A stretch of DNA of 63,324 bases, counting the filler, from Octopus bimaculoides (Eukaryota), in NCBI RefSeq assembly GCF_001194135.2. It is 8 parts of 8 records of this genome, joined end to end, with 100 filler letters (N's around TTAATTAATTAA, not from the genome) between each part and the next. Parts side by side here need not be neighbours in the genome. Positions count along the whole stretch, not along the records: positions 23,560 to 30,503 come from NC_069006.1; positions 30,604 to 40,122 come from NC_068988.1; positions 40,223 to 47,135 come from NC_068999.1; 5 more parts are not named here. One strand, given 5' to 3'. The position numbers and the translations under genes are program-made. A model generated the notes under the pieces. The model was not told the DNA's origin and ran no database searches. It saw only the letters and a list, made by a program, of their open reading frames with translations. This document shows, one piece after another, positions 26,456-40,671 of the stretch. Position 1 is the first letter of the stretch; each line of letters starts with the position of its first letter.

Positions 26456-26955
26456 CATATATATATAATGTGTGTATGTGCGTGCCTGCGTCTATCTATC
26501 TGTCTGTCTGTCTGCCTGGAAAGAGATATGCCACCAATTCTTCAATCTTAATTAGATCTAACGTGAAAGCAATTCTCTCTTTTCTCCGTTTCTTCCTTTA
26601 TTTGTGTGTTTGTGTGAGTGCCTGTAAACACACACACATCTCTCAATCTCTGGTCACATTATGTTTCTGCTAGTCTAATGTTCCTACAAGTCTTGTCACC
26701 AAATGATTTGAGCATCTCGCAAACTTGGGTGCGTTTTTTTTCTTTGTTTTTGTCTTCCTGTAGTAAATTGAACGTATTTTTGAGTTCCGTATATTTCAGT
26801 TGTTCTTGTATATCATCATTGTCTTTTTTGTTCTCTCTTCTATGTGGAACTGTGTTTAGACAGAACACACACGTTCACCATTCTCTTTTTAGTTCGCTGA
26901 CGAAAGCTTTGCGTGATTACAGATTTCTGTGAACATCTGTGCACCAGGAATACAA

Positions 26956-27022
<67 letters not shown>

Positions 27023-28167
27023 GTTGTGTGTGTGTGTGTTCGTGTACTGATTTCTATCTTCCTCTGTCCTCCCTCTCTATCAGTCGTACCTCCCTCTACA
27101 AACACTGCTCTCCCTACCACTCCACATTATTCTTTGCCTTAAATTTGATTCTTTTCACTTCTGTTGAACCTCCTCCTTAATCGCTTCTCTCGTAGAAAAT
27201 ATTTTCGATAAATCTACGAGACTTTTAATCATCTAATTCACACACGCACACGCGCACCCCTGATACATCAGGTCCTCTCTTTCTCTCTCTCTCTCTCTCT
27301 TTATCTGTCTAGTTCTCCCTCTGTCAAACCCTCATTTTCTCCCCCCACTCCCCCCTCATCTCTGACACGTCGGCTTTGTCTCTCTTCATCGTCTGCAAGC
27401 TTATCTCACGCTCTCTTTCTCAGCCTCCATCCCTCGTAGCTCTCTCTTTAACACACACACACCTCTTCCTACCCACAACTCTCCACTACACACACTCTCC
27501 CTCTCTCTCTCTCTCTCTCTAAAACTCTCTCGCATCTTAAAACACACACTCTTCTGCTTCACTTCTGGTGCGACGCCTCTTTAGAATTAAGGAAATGTTT
27601 TCTTTGGCACAACAAATGACACAGTCCACCGAAGAACCGGTGAAGTAATTTCAACGTGGTCGTTCTAACAAGTTAGAAATAGAAGTCAAGTCTCTCCCAT
27701 AATCTGTTATTGTCTCCAGAAAAGGGCTCATAATGAATAATGTAGTCCTAGATGCATTTAGGCAAAAAAAAATGTAAAACGGGGGAAAGCTCTGATTGGT
27801 CACCATCATAACGTATTTAGTTGTCGGTCGGAATGCTAGAAATGATAGCCAAATCTCCTTCGAATCACCAGCTTCTGTCTTAAGAGAAATGGAACAACAA
27901 CAGGCAACTGACAAAACCAACAAAGAATCTCTAAACGGTTGCGCTATCTGCTAGAAACAGCAGTCATTTACGTGTTTTATGTCATGTGGTTTTGTAAATA
28001 TATTAGAATATATCCTGTGGGGGTAACTAGTTGGTCCAACATATGAACATATGGGACCAGAAATGAATTAGTCGGTCAGAAAGAGAAACATATGGCATTA
28101 CATGTCACTGTATCTCTAAAAAGTGGAAACGTCTGCATCTCTGCTTTGTGAAATGACTGGTGAGAAA

Positions 28168-28206
<39 letters not shown>

Positions 28207-28711
28207 TGCTATGGGCTTCTACACAGTTTTCGTCTACAAAATTCGCTCACAACGTATTGGTCGGCTAGGAGCAAATTTAGAAGCCATTCTAGGTTTTGCG
28301 CATTGGAACCGAACCCGTTACCATGTGGTTTGGAGTGAACTTCTTTATTACAACTAATGAATCCTGTTTATATACATTAAAGAGAATAAAACTCTTTCCT
28401 GTGTCATATAGACTCATAACGGCCGGTTTCCATGGTTTGTAAATATATATATATCTATATATGAAATACAAAATACGTACAGCATGTGTGTGTGAAACGT
28501 TGTCGACAAGACAATTGTTACGTGGAAGATCAAAAATACTTTGTGGAGTTGCACAGACACTTCCCCCAACGCTGTAAAGGAGCCGCCTCTGTAAGCGCAG
28601 TGAACCAGTAAGTAACCCATGGGGAAAGCTATAAAACCAAAGACGACCTAATTGTTTACAAAAGATAGGATTTCAAACTAGAAACCCGTCGTTGCTTATT
28701 GAGAAATAGTA

Positions 28712-28925
28712 AGGCCGCAAGTTGGCAGAATCGTTAGCGCTCTGGACGAAATGCTTCGCGGTATTTCGCTCGTCGCTACGTTCTGAGTTCAAATTCTGCC
28801 GAGGTCGACTTTACCTTTCATCTTTTCCAGGTCGCTAAATTAAATACCAGTTGAGTACTGGGGTCGAATTAATCGACTTACCCCCCCCTCACTCCGAAAT
28901 GGCAAAATTTGAAACCATTATTGAG
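28712..28925 (+). mobile_element. SINE family B
   Basis: Complete head, core and tail match to family B. Confidence 0.85.
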
Positions 28926-28959
28926 AAATAGTTTGGTTTGTTTTCGGTTGTTGTGGAAT

Positions 28960-29260
28960 GCGTGAAGGCGCGTATCTTTGGTATTTGGTCCACGATCGGT
29001 CATGTAGTGAGTTCGAGTCGCAGCGGTGCCTTATGTCCTTGAACAAGATACTTTATTTCATGTTACAATCCACTCAGCTGGCAATAATGAGTTGTACCAG
29101 TAATTCAATGGAGGGTGGAAGCCTTGTCACATTCTATGTCATGCTGAATCTCCTTGAGAACTACATTAAAGGTAAACATGTCTGGAGTACTCAGCCACTT
29201 GCACAATAATTTCGGTTGATCGAATCAGCTGGAATACCAGTCGCCGGAACCGACGGAGGA
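28960..29260 (+). mobile_element. SINE family C
   Basis: Collinear with 24787-25045. Contains tgtccttgaacaagatacttta. Confidence 0.75.
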
Positions 29261-30094
29261 CCAGTTGTAGCATGTAATGGTGTTGTTGTTGTAGTTGTTG
29301 TTGTTGTCACCAAGCGTCAGAAATGACAGCAACTCCAGGATAAAAGACACTTCAGCTGTTGATTTTCTTTCCTTCTTTCTTTTCTTTTTTTTTTTTTTAC
29401 TTGTTTCAGTCATTTGACTGCGGCCATGTTGGAGCACCACCTTGTTATATTTTTAGTTCAGGTGTGCCGCCGAATTTTGAGAAAAATATAAGTGTGCCGC
29501 AAGTGAGTAAAAGTTGCGGAGCGCTGGTCTATATGTGAATGTTTTCATGTATACACAAATGCAAATACATATGCATGTGTATATATGTGTATAATGCTTA
29601 TATTGACACATCAATGCATGTACACACACACACACACACACACACAATCCAATTCAGGCAGCAGCAGCCATCCAGCAAGTCCTCTCTCTCAATCTCTGCC
29701 TCCATTAACCTCAATATTTGTCTCTATTTCTAGCTTCGCACCTTTCCATCTCTCCATTGTTCTCCCCCAGCATCAACTTCCCCGCACCTCTTCTCCATCA
29801 TCCCAGTGCCTCCCCATCTCTTCGACATGCTCCAATTCAACAACACTGATATAGACCCACTACGCGCGCGTGCGCGCGTGTGTGTGAGAGCATATATAAA
29901 TGCATAGCATGTGTGTGTGTATATCTTTGTACACACAATCGCACACATGCATATACATTGTGTGTGTGTGTGTGTGTGTGTGTTTATAAAGCTATTTCAG
30001 TTAAGTCTAGCCTCGTTGGCTCTCACATATGACAGGAGAGAGTATGTGTGCGTGTGTGTATATATATGTGTGTGCGTGTGTCAGCCCTCTTCTG

Positions 30095-30465
30095 CATCTT
30101 AAACGCAAGTGAGACGAGGGCTACTACGAAAAGGATAGAACATCCATTGGCTTCGACGCAAAGGGCCATGAAAAGATCCATATTATGAGAGCATTTCGAA
30201 ATGAGATGATTCGGGAATAGAGTAGAGTGGATGCCTGCGATCACAGAATAGGGGAAACCCAAGTTGTGCTGGGCCAGACATATCGTAAGGTGGACACATG
30301 TTGTTGTCGAAAAAGGGAAAACTTGGAAGCCCTCTACGACGATGAGAAGACGATCCAATTAAGTTGGGTCAAGATAGAAAAAATGGTGCAATCAAGACAA
30401 AATTGGAAGTGCATTGTGACCAGCGGTGTACAACAATATCTGATGGCCTGGTCGATAATATGATA
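30095..30465 (+). mobile_element. RTE-clade LINE 3' remnant
   Basis: LNASET...TQRAMKRSIL, RNEMIRE.SRV, KLCWARHIVR (RTE consensus WAGHV.R). Confidence 0.6.
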
Positions 30466-30625
30466 CTGATATCTATCTATCTATATATATATATAGAAGA
30501 TCGNNNNNNNNNNNNNNNNNNNNNNNNNNNNNNNNNNNNNNNNNNNNTTAATTAATTAANNNNNNNNNNNNNNNNNNNNNNNNNNNNNNNNNNNNNNNNN
30601 NNNATATATATATATATATATATAT

Positions 30626-30660
<35 letters not shown>

Positions 30661-31299
30661 TGGATGGATGGATGGATGGATGGATGGATATGTACGTTTG
30701 TATGTACGTTTGTATGAATGTGTGTATGTATGTATGTGTATGTATGTACTGATATGCATATATGTATAAACATGTATGAATGTATGATTGCACAATGTCC
30801 GTATTTATGTGTACATGCACGCACGCTTTGAATGCATGTATTCGATGCATATGTGCATGCCATTGAATTCAAGTCAGCCAGGAACAGATAAAAAGTGCCT
30901 AAGACAAATAGAGAGAGAGAGACACAGATAGTGATGCAAGGGCATTGGTATAGACAGATAGGGAAGAATAAAGAGAGGCACAAACAAAACATAGAGAGAT
31001 AGAGAGGGGAAAAAAATAATTCTCTGTTTCTATATTTGTTTCTTTCGTTTCATATATAAGTATCATTTTAGTTTTAATAAGCCGGTTACATTTATATTTG
31101 AAAACTTCAAATTATAGTTGATTGTGTTCAGTGAAGCCAAAAGCGAGTTGTATTTCGATGGATCTTCGGCAATTTTAGAGTTTCGAATATTATTTTAGCT
31201 GTTCCAATTAGTTATTTGGATATACATGCCTATGAATGTATGTATGTGTATGTACGAGTATATATGGATATTTCACTATATGTATATATATGTTTCTAG

Positions 31300-31347
<48 letters not shown>

Positions 31348-32202
31348 NNNNNNNNNNNNNNNNNNNNNNNNNNNNNNNNNNNNNNNNNNNNNNNNNNNNN
31401 NNNNNNNNNNNNNNNNNNNNNNNNNNNNNNNNNNNNNNNNNNNNNNNNNNNNNNNNNNNNNNNNNNNNNNNNNNNNNNNNNNNNNNNNNNNNNNNNNNNN
31501 NNNNNNNNNNNNNNNNNNNNNNNNNNNNNNNNNNNNNNNNNNNNNNNNNNNNNNNNNNNNNNNNNNNNNNNNNNNNNNNNNNNNNNNNNNNNNNNNNNNN
31601 NNNNNNNNNNNNNNNNNNNNNNNNNNNNNNNNNNNNNNNNNNNNNNNNNNNNNNNNNNNNNNNNNNNNNNNNNNNNNNNNNNNNNNNNNNNNNNNNNNNN
31701 NNNNNNNNNNNNNNNNNNNNNNNNNNNNNNNNNNNNNNNNNNNNNNNNNNNNNNNNNNNNNNNNNNNNNNNNNNNNNNNNNNNNNNNNNNNNNNNNNNNN
31801 NNNNNNNNNNNNNNNNNNNNACTTCAAATTATAGTTGATTGTGTTCAGTGAAGCCAAAAGCGAGTTGTATTTCGATGGATCTTCGGCAATTTTAGAGTTT
31901 CGAATATTATTTTAGCTGTTCCAATTAGTTATTTGGATATACATGCCTATGAATGTATGTATGTGTATGTACGAGTATATATGGATATTTCAATATATAC
32001 ATACATATTTATATTAATCTAAACACGCACACACAAGCATACATACATACATACATACAAACATACATGTAAAAGCGTTTTAATAATTCTTTACTTTAAG
32101 GAAAATATATTTGCTCAGATATCAATCGCTAAAGTACATGTAGAGAAATTAAATATTTTGTAAGAAAAAAAGAAAAGAACGAAGAAAACGATAGATAGAT
32201 AG

Positions 32203-32257
<55 letters not shown>

Positions 32258-32339
32258 GATGAAAATGAAGAATGAAAAAGTTTCTACAAATGAGTGAAAT
32301 TACTTAAATGCTTAGATGAAAAACATTAACTAAAATAAC

Positions 32340-32343
32340 TACA

Positions 32344-32409
<66 letters not shown>

Positions 32410-32415
32410 AAGAAG

Positions 32416-32446
<31 letters not shown>

Positions 32447-32495
32447 TGATGATGATGATGATGAAGATGATGATTACGACGACGACGACGATGGT
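32340..32495. repeat. compound microsatellite (ACT)n(AGA)n(GAT)n(GAC)n
   Basis: Read directly from the sequence. Confidence 0.9.
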
Positions 32496-33223
32496 GNNNN
32501 NNNNNNGTGAAAAGGGGAAGGCTATGAGGAGGAGGAGGAGGAGGAGGAGGAGGAGAAAAGGGGAAGATTAGGAGGAGGAAGAGGAGGGGAAGAGGAGGGG
32601 AAGAGGAGGAGGGGAAGAGAAGGAGGGGGAAGAGGAGCAGGGGGGAGGGGAGGAGGAAGACGAGAAAGAGAATTACCTAGATATCTATCTATATAAAGAA
32701 AGCTTGCGTGTTAATTAGTTTTGAAACTAATAATGTTATTCGAAATTAATAACACTTGCCAAAAACAAATCAATTATCAAAGTCTTCAATGACTAAAACG
32801 TTTTTTTAAAATTCAAATTGTGATATGTTTTTATCGAAATGCGGTTTGAACGTCTTTTAATATTGAATAGTTTAATTCCCTACCAAATAACATTCCTTCT
32901 TTCTTTATTCTTTCCTTTCTACGTCATGACTACTTTCTACAAACATGTCAGCAAACCCACTTCTCCGTTAACTCAGTCTATTGTGAGCCAAATTATGTTG
33001 ATTCCAGTATCCTTTCATACTTGAATGTTTAAGAAGAAAAATGGTTTAATTTGCTTACATTAACTGTACCAAATATAAACTTATCGAATATATCTTTCCG
33101 GCTAAAGTATATACCACAGAATTTATTTCCTCATAACTTTATGAAAAGTCCATATATTTTTCTCCCTGAAACTTTGTGCAAGTACTTTTCAGATGCTATA
33201 CATGTGTATATATGTATATGTAT

Positions 33224-33269
<46 letters not shown>

Positions 33270-33304
33270 GTATGTATGTATATATGTTTGTGTGTGAATA
33301 TATA

Positions 33305-33347
<43 letters not shown>

Positions 33348-33349
33348 TC

Positions 33350-33535
33350 TTTTTCTTTTATTTGTTTCACTCATTTGACTGCGGCCATGCTAGAGGACCG
33401 CCTTTAGTCGAACAAACGACCCCGGAACTTATTCTTTGTAGTCATAGTATTTATTCTATCGGTCACTCTTGGCGAACCGCTACGTTACGGGGACGTAAAC
33501 ACAGCAGCATCGACTGTCAAGCGATGGTGTGGGAT
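33350..33535 (-). mobile_element. 3' half of SINE family A
   Basis: Reverse complement of the ...gtttacgtccccgtaac.tagcggttcg...gactaaaggcgg...gcatggccgcagtcaaatga tail. Confidence 0.8.
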
Positions 33536-33563
33536 ATCTGTATATACATACATACATACATAC

Positions 33564-33610
<47 letters not shown>

Positions 33611-33734
33611 CGCGCGTGCGCGTGTGTGTATGTATGTATGTATGTATACAGTGTGCGTAAGGTATTTGAGGACATTATTTTTGGGTCATTGTGTGTGTGT
33701 GTTTGCGTCCGTGTGTGAATGCTTCCATAAGGCA

Positions 33735-34420
33735 CTCTGCTTCTTGTTTCCTGAATCATAACAGTGCACCCAGGTTTCGTCGCAAGTCACCAGAGACTTG
33801 AGTACTCATGCACAAGAAGTTAGAAGTTCAACCATCTCTCTGCTGTCTTCGACTCATCTTTCCTTCTGCTCCTCACTAAGAACCCTGGGAACAAACTTTG
33901 CAGAAATTTTGTACATGTTTAGATCTTCTTGCCACGCTAACTCTAAATCATCCGTTTATTATCATTATAGGCACACGACGGTCTTTATCCGGAAAATTAA
34001 GAAATATTTTTTAACCAACTTTGATATTCTGACGTCCCTCTTCCTCTCACATTTCTCATCGTCTCTCACCTTCTTTCTGCTGCCCTCGAACTTCTTGTGC
34101 CAGTGAAAACCAGAAGCAATCTGGAGCATTTCATAAGTTTCCATGGCGTTGTTTTTTCTCAGTTTTAAAACTTTAATACTTAGCGAGCTTCCAAATCGTC
34201 TTCTCTCCCGATTGCATTCTGCAAACTAGCCAACTGTGACAAGTGGTGTTTAGCAGGCTATGTCCAAAACGTTGCCATTTCCTTCAATCTAGAATAACAG
34301 AAGTTGGCAGGTCAGCTTATTGGATGTTATGGTAATGATAAAGTAAAATTGCAATGATCTAGGACAGCTCTAACTGCCTCACCTAAAAATGTTTCGAGAC
34401 TTTTGGAGTTTATTTCATGT
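33735..34420 (-). mobile_element. 5' half of a mariner element
   Basis: Minus strand: IKVLKL..N.METYEML, WHKKFEG, LNMYKISAKFVPRVLSEEQKER, SLVTCDETWVHCYD. Confidence 0.75.
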
Positions 34421-34460
34421 ACGTGCGTGTGTCTGTATGTGTGTGTGTGTTTGTGTATAA

Positions 34461-34495
<35 letters not shown>

Positions 34496-35539
34496 CATTC
34501 ATACATACATACATACATACATACATGCATACATACATACATACATACATACATACCTATGAGAGAGAAATAGGGGAATGGAGAGAGAGGGAGAGAGAAA
34601 GAGTGATATAGATAGATACATATATACATACCTATGTATGTGTGTTTATACATATTAAAAACATATAACGTACATACGTACATGCATATATATATATATA
34701 TATANNNNNNNNNNNNNNNNNNNNNNNNNNNNNNNNNNNNNNNNNNNNNNNNNNNNNNNNNNNNNNNNNNNNNNNNNNNNNNNNNNNNNNNNNNNNNNNN
34801 NNNNNNNNNNNNNNNNNNNNNNNNNNNNNNNNNNNNNNNNNNNNNNNNNNNNNNNNNNNNNNNNNNNNNNNNNNNNNNNNNNNNNAAAAAATGCTTTCGC
34901 GAAAAGGAAAAATAACCAAACAATATAAAAATAAAATGAAGAAAACGGTGTTTCTACAACATAACAACTTTGATACACTTTGCCATCACGCACTTAACAA
35001 TGACTCGAACGAAAGAGTGATAAAAAAAAATCGTAAGAAAATAAGTATAGTGTTAAAAACTGCAAAATAAATTACTTGATGAAGAGAAAGAACAACAGAT
35101 TAGAGTGAGAACGGTGTGGTGAGGTATGTGGAATAAACTGAATGGTAAATTATCCAAAGAAGTGTTTTTTTATGGTTTGAGTAATTTGTTTGGTAAATGG
35201 AAGTTATGTCTAGACAATGACTACGTAAACAACGAAGGAGAGGTACAGCGGTCGGTGCAAACGAAGGAATGGTGCTTTGCGTGTGTTTATAGGCGTGTGT
35301 TTATGTGTATTTATGTGTGTGTTTTTCTGTATGTATGTATGTATGTATGTATTATGTATGTGTGGATGTGAGCGTGGGTGTCTGTGGTTGTGAATGTAAG
35401 TGTGTGTGTGTGTGTGTGTGTGTGAGCGTGTGTTTGCGTCCGTGTGTGAATAGATGAAACTGTCAGTCTGCAATATAAGAATGAGATGTTTTAAGACATG
35501 GTGGAAAAGAACAAGATTAATTGGTGAAACAGTGGACGA

Positions 35540-35572
<33 letters not shown>

Positions 35573-36222
35573 CNNNNNNNNNNNNNNNNNNNNNNNNNNN
35601 NNNNNNNNNNNNNNNNNNNNNNNNNNNNNNNNNNNNNNNNNNNNNNNNNNNNNNNNNNNNNNNNNNNNNNNNNNNNNNNNNNNNNNNNNNNNNNNNNNNN
35701 NNNNNNNNNNNNNNNNNNNNNNNNNNNNNNNNNNNNNNNNNNNNNNNNNNNNNNNNNNNNNNNNNNNNNNNNNNNNNNNNNNNNNNNNNNNNNNNNNNNN
35801 NNNNNNNNNNNNNNNNNNNNNNNNNNNNNNNNNNNNNNNNNNNNNNNNNNNNNNNNNNNNNNNNNNNNNNNNNNNNNNNNNNNNNNNNNNNNNNNNNNNN
35901 NNNNNNNNNNNNNNNNNNNNNNNNNNNNNNNNNNNNNNNNNNNNNNNNNNNNNNNNNNNNNNNNNNNNNNNNNNNNNNNNNNNNNNNNNNNNNNNNNNNN
36001 NNNNNNNNNNNNNNNNNNNNNNNNNNNNNNNNNNNNNNNNNNNNNNNNNNNNNNNNNNNNNNNNNNNNNNNNNNNNNNNNNNNNNNNNNNNNNNNNNNNN
36101 NNNNNNNNNNNNNNNNNNNNNNNNNNNNNNNNNNNNNNNNNNNNNNNNNNNNNNNNNNNNNNNNNNNNNNNNNNNNNNNNNNNNNNNNNNNNNNNNNNNN
36201 NNNNNNNNNNNNNNNNNNNNNN

Positions 36223-36269
<47 letters not shown>

Positions 36270-36349
36270 TACAGACAGGCAGGCAGGCAGGCAGAGATGC
36301 ATTTATATGAATATACATATATATGAACACATTCGTATACGTAAATACA

Positions 36350-37620
36350 TACCGTGAGGTGGGCTAAATGTGCATCTCAAGGGGTAACTGTGCACCCATG
36401 TAAAATATTTTTTTTTAATTTTCATAACACACACTAGTGATGTCGATCTTTTCTTTACAGGTGCTGATCTGTTTACGCTAGTTCCAGTGATCTTTGATGT
36501 GAAAAAATGATACCTTTGAGAGACATTAAGAGGTCAGTGGGCAGATTTGAATCCGGAAATGCAATATTATCTGATCTAGTGAACATCCCGAAAGTGGAAA
36601 TATTAAGAGTAAGCTACCTATGATAAAATTGACCTAGAATATTGATTTCTGGCATATTTGTGACACATATCCTGAAGGAGATTGACACTAATTTACATGT
36701 CCCTAGATAAAAATATTAATCAGCAATACCATATTAAAATAAGGTAGAGCTATTACAATAGCACTCATTTGCTGCAGCCACTTGACGTTGGAAGTCTATG
36801 CACCAATGAAAGCAGCATGGAGGAAGGTTCTTACTGAGTGGAAGATGGGTGATAGAAAGTTCTATGTGACCCTGCCAAAGATTCATTTCTCAAAGCTACT
36901 GTTTACCCATCTGGGTAAAACGGAACGCAAAAAAGAATATGCTGTGAATGGGTTTCGAACAACAGGCCTCTATCATCTTAACACACAGAAGGTTCTTAGC
37001 AAGATTTCGAAGCCAGAATTATCATCACATCTGGTAAGCCATATTGTTATTGAACATCTGACGCAACTTCGAGAAGTTTCAGCTAAAAACCTGCAGCGGC
37101 CCGGCGAGGAAATATGATGCACATTTCACCAGGAAAAAGCATCTATATGAATCATGTTACTCCAGGTCCATCTGACCTCCAATCTCAGAGAAAACGAAAC
37201 AGAAACAGGAAGCTACCTATCGACTTAGACGACAGTTCCTCTGAAGGACCAGATGACCCTACTTTATTCCAACCTCGGGAGATGAGGCAGTATTTGAAGC
37301 TACCACCCCTGAAGTGTCCCAGGAAAATTCAGAGCGTAGTGACACATCTAATAAGAAGCTAGAAAATGGATTCTATGTGACTGTAAGATTTTTAGGTAAG
37401 AATGCACCATACCATTATGTTGGTAAACTTTTACATGAGGATGATTCAGGACTATAGGTGTTGCTTTGAGAGGTCGGGTTCTTATCTTTCATTTAAAGAG
37501 CTACAAAATCCTAACTTCTTAAGTACAGACAAAGAAGCAATTGTTAGAATCTTTGCAAAACCTTTATTTGTGAAAAGGATGCATTTAGATCCCTTTGGTG
37601 AAATAGTAATGCATTAAAAA
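36350..37620 (+). mobile_element. pogo-like (DDE_1) transposon remnant
   Basis: STHLLQPLDVG/VYAPMKAAWRKVLTEWK...LPK..F.KLL...NGFRTTGLY.LN. A taccgt..ggtgggctaaa terminus lies at ~36350. Right end uncertain. Confidence 0.65.
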
Positions 37621-37824
37621 TGTTTTTATAAGGCATCAATTTTTTGTTTTGTATTTGAATTATTAATTTTCATTCTTATACTTATCACTGCATCAATTAC
37701 CATGTCAATTGATAGCCAAATGCTTTTTAGGAGTAATGCTTATGTTATGTATCATTTGCACACGGTCGAATGAAGAAAATAGGTTCATGACGTTTTCTAT
37801 TCTACTGCAAATAGAATTCAAGAT

Positions 37825-38044
37825 TAATAATAATTAATCAAAGTTTTGGGGGAGGGGGCTAGTCGATTACATTGATACCAGTGCTTGATAAGGGTTTATT
37901 TCATCAACAACGAAAGGATGAAAGGTATAGCTAACTTCGGCGGGATTTCGAATTCCGAATGTGAAGACAGGTGAAATGCCGCTAAGCATTTTTGTCTGGT
38001 GTGCTAACGATTGTAGCAACTCGCCACTATACTGGTCAATAATG

Positions 38045-38082
<38 letters not shown>

Positions 38083-38215
38083 TAATAATAATAATAATAA
38101 TAATAATAGTCCTTTCTACTGGAAGCACAGGGCCTCAAATTTTGGGGGAAAGGATTAAGCTGATTACACCAACCCCAGTGCGTAACTGGTACTTATTTAA
38201 TCGACCCCGAAAGGC
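37825..38215 (-). mobile_element. two SINE family B copies around an (AAT)n tail
   Basis: Reverse-complement family B core at 37825-38025 and 38105-38215. Confidence 0.7.
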
Positions 38216-38679
38216 ATACAAAACAAAGAACTAAAATTTCTGTCGCTCGATCATAAATGAAAATAGTCCTGAATTTGATTTATTTGATATCGAATGACTT
38301 AAGTTCATAAGTTCAAATTAATTCTTGATTGTTATAATATTGAATGACAAGTTCAATTTGGAGGATTTCGTCGTTCGTTTTCTTTCACATAATGTCTTAT
38401 TTCAATCCTTTACCTCTAGAGTTAGGTAACTTAGACCCTACCAAGCGTACAAAATATTTTGCTAGCCTATCATCACTATATATACCGCATATTACTATAT
38501 ACCGCATTTGTCGGTGCATAAGTTGCACTTGTTTTACTGTTAAATGCATCAAAGATTGTCCTACGTCTAATGCAGCAATACTATGGATGGGAAACCGAAT
38601 GTTGTCGCCTAAGAAACCGAATAATCATAAGTCTGCCAAGCACAACATTATTACTAATAGGGTAAAGAGTAAAGACCAC

Positions 38680-38960
38680 ACTTCGGTCATCAGTGACCAT
38701 GGGATTGTACCTAGAGAGTTCCCCTCCGAGGCACAAGTCTGGACAAGGTAATTTATGGAAGACCAGCAGTTACCCGTGCATACCAGCCTCCCTTCTCCAT
38801 GTCCATCGATATTATCCACGGGAAAGGCAAAGGCTGATACAGCTTGTCACCAGCAACGTGAAAGAAAGTGCCTTGCTCAGGAACACGACACACAACCCGG
38901 TGCAGGAATCGAACTCATTACGTCATGATTGTGAGCCCGAATTTTCAATTACTGAGCCAT
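38680..38960 (-). mobile_element. tRNA-derived SINE (family D)
   Basis: Minus-strand head catggctcagt...gagttcgattcctg and core ttcctgagcaaggcactt. A related copy lies at 39610-39893. Confidence 0.7.
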
Positions 38961-39609
38961 GTACCTTAAAATAAAATTTGAAAACAAGCTAGAATTTCAC
39001 AGTTTTCTAGCAGAAACTTACGAAAATTTGCAGTACGTCGGCAGTTACATAGCGAGGTCACATCATTTCCTCATACCACCTTACCCGGTGCACACAACCC
39101 ACACCTTTTATGTGCCTCACATTACTCACTGACTGTGTTACATTTCAAAAACATTTTTGTAATCATCTAAATGCGATTTCTTCTAGAAAGATGAAAGGAG
39201 TATTGGACTTTCGTCTGCCTTTCAGCTATTTGCAATGAATGGATGATTGCAGAACCTTGAAAGTGAATTACGACGATGGTGGTCAACCGGAGTAACACAA
39301 AACATCATAGCCAAAACTACGTGGTTTACATCCGGCACGGCAATTCTGCTCAAAATATAAACATCTAAACACTAAATATGGAAGACGATAAACTTGAAAT
39401 ACAGTAAAAGTGTGAATTATATGTCACGAATTTCTGGTTTTATATTCATTCTAGTATACTATCACAGTATCATACATTTTTCCTTATACAACTGCTTTAA
39501 GATATCTTTAATTAGGCTGATAATGAAACATACTGAATTTGTTTCATCCCACGTAATATGCTTGTAAAATAAGGGTGCGTCATATACAGGAATACTTGTT
39601 ATACGCCAG

Positions 39610-39893
39610 CAAATTCAGTAACAAGTCTGGGCAATGTTGTCTATAAAAGACCAGCAGTCACCCATGCATACTAGTCTCCTCTTTTTACGCCACTGATATT
39701 ATCCAAGGGAGAAGCAAAGGCCGAGACAGTTTCGCGCCAGTGATATCGCAACTCATTTCTACAGCTGCGTGAGCTGGAACAACGTGAAGTAAAGTGTCTT
39801 GCTCAAGAACACATCACACGGTCCGGTCCGGGAATCGATTCTCACAACCTCTCGGTCGTAAGTTCGACGCTCCAACCACTGAGCCAAGCGACA
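39610..39893 (-). mobile_element. tRNA-derived SINE (family D)
   Basis: Head ttggctcagtggttggagcg...tcgattcccgg and core gttcttgagcaagacacttt. Confidence 0.7.
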
Positions 39894-40498
39894 GGAGCTA
39901 AATATTTAATATTAGTGTTTATCTTAGTTGCCGCCACATATACTCTGTGTGTAACTACCAACACCGCTAAATACAGTGTCAGACTAATCATTATACTAGA
40001 ACACAACTGGATAATGATAAACTATGTGGAACACAAGCTTATACAGTAGCAATTGTACAGCTAACTGTGTAAGCAAGCCGTATATATATATATTTATATA
40101 CATTGATATATATATATATATANNNNNNNNNNNNNNNNNNNNNNNNNNNNNNNNNNNNNNNNNNNNTTAATTAATTAANNNNNNNNNNNNNNNNNNNNNN
40201 NNNNNNNNNNNNNNNNNNNNNNAGAAAGAAACTACACTCAACACTGAATTATAAACGTAGATGAAGTTGGTTTCAAGGACCTAGACAAGATTTATCTCTG
40301 TTGGATTCTGATTCCTTCAGATAGAAGTTAAAAGCTAAACTTATCATAATCACATGTACCATTTAACTAGAGACGAAGTGGGAAAACACACAGAAGAGAA
40401 ACATATTTCGCCTTCTATCAAAGCATGGTGGAATACTAAATCCAGTGATGAAGTTGATCTAATTCTTCATGAGAAATAACGATGTAAAATCTCCCGTA

Positions 40499-40671
40499 CA
40501 GGGACGGACCCAGGGTGTGTGTGTGTGTGTGTGTGTGCTGTGAGGCACATGACCCCCCTCAAGAAAAGAAATGCGCCTTTCTAAATAATGTTATTACACC
40601 CTTTTCTCCTGGAATTATATTCCCTTCTGACCTTGTGCCCTCCCTTCGAAAAATCCCTGGTACCGGCTCTG
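40499..40671. mobile_element. MITE with imperfect TIRs
   Basis: cagggacggacccaggg ... ccctggtaccggctctg. Its right end is almost identical to 44129-44170. Confidence 0.65.

Noticed and set aside
31104-31991. Identical ~170-bp sequence flanking a gap (31104-31271 and 31821-31991)
   Set aside because: Same artefact pattern as above.
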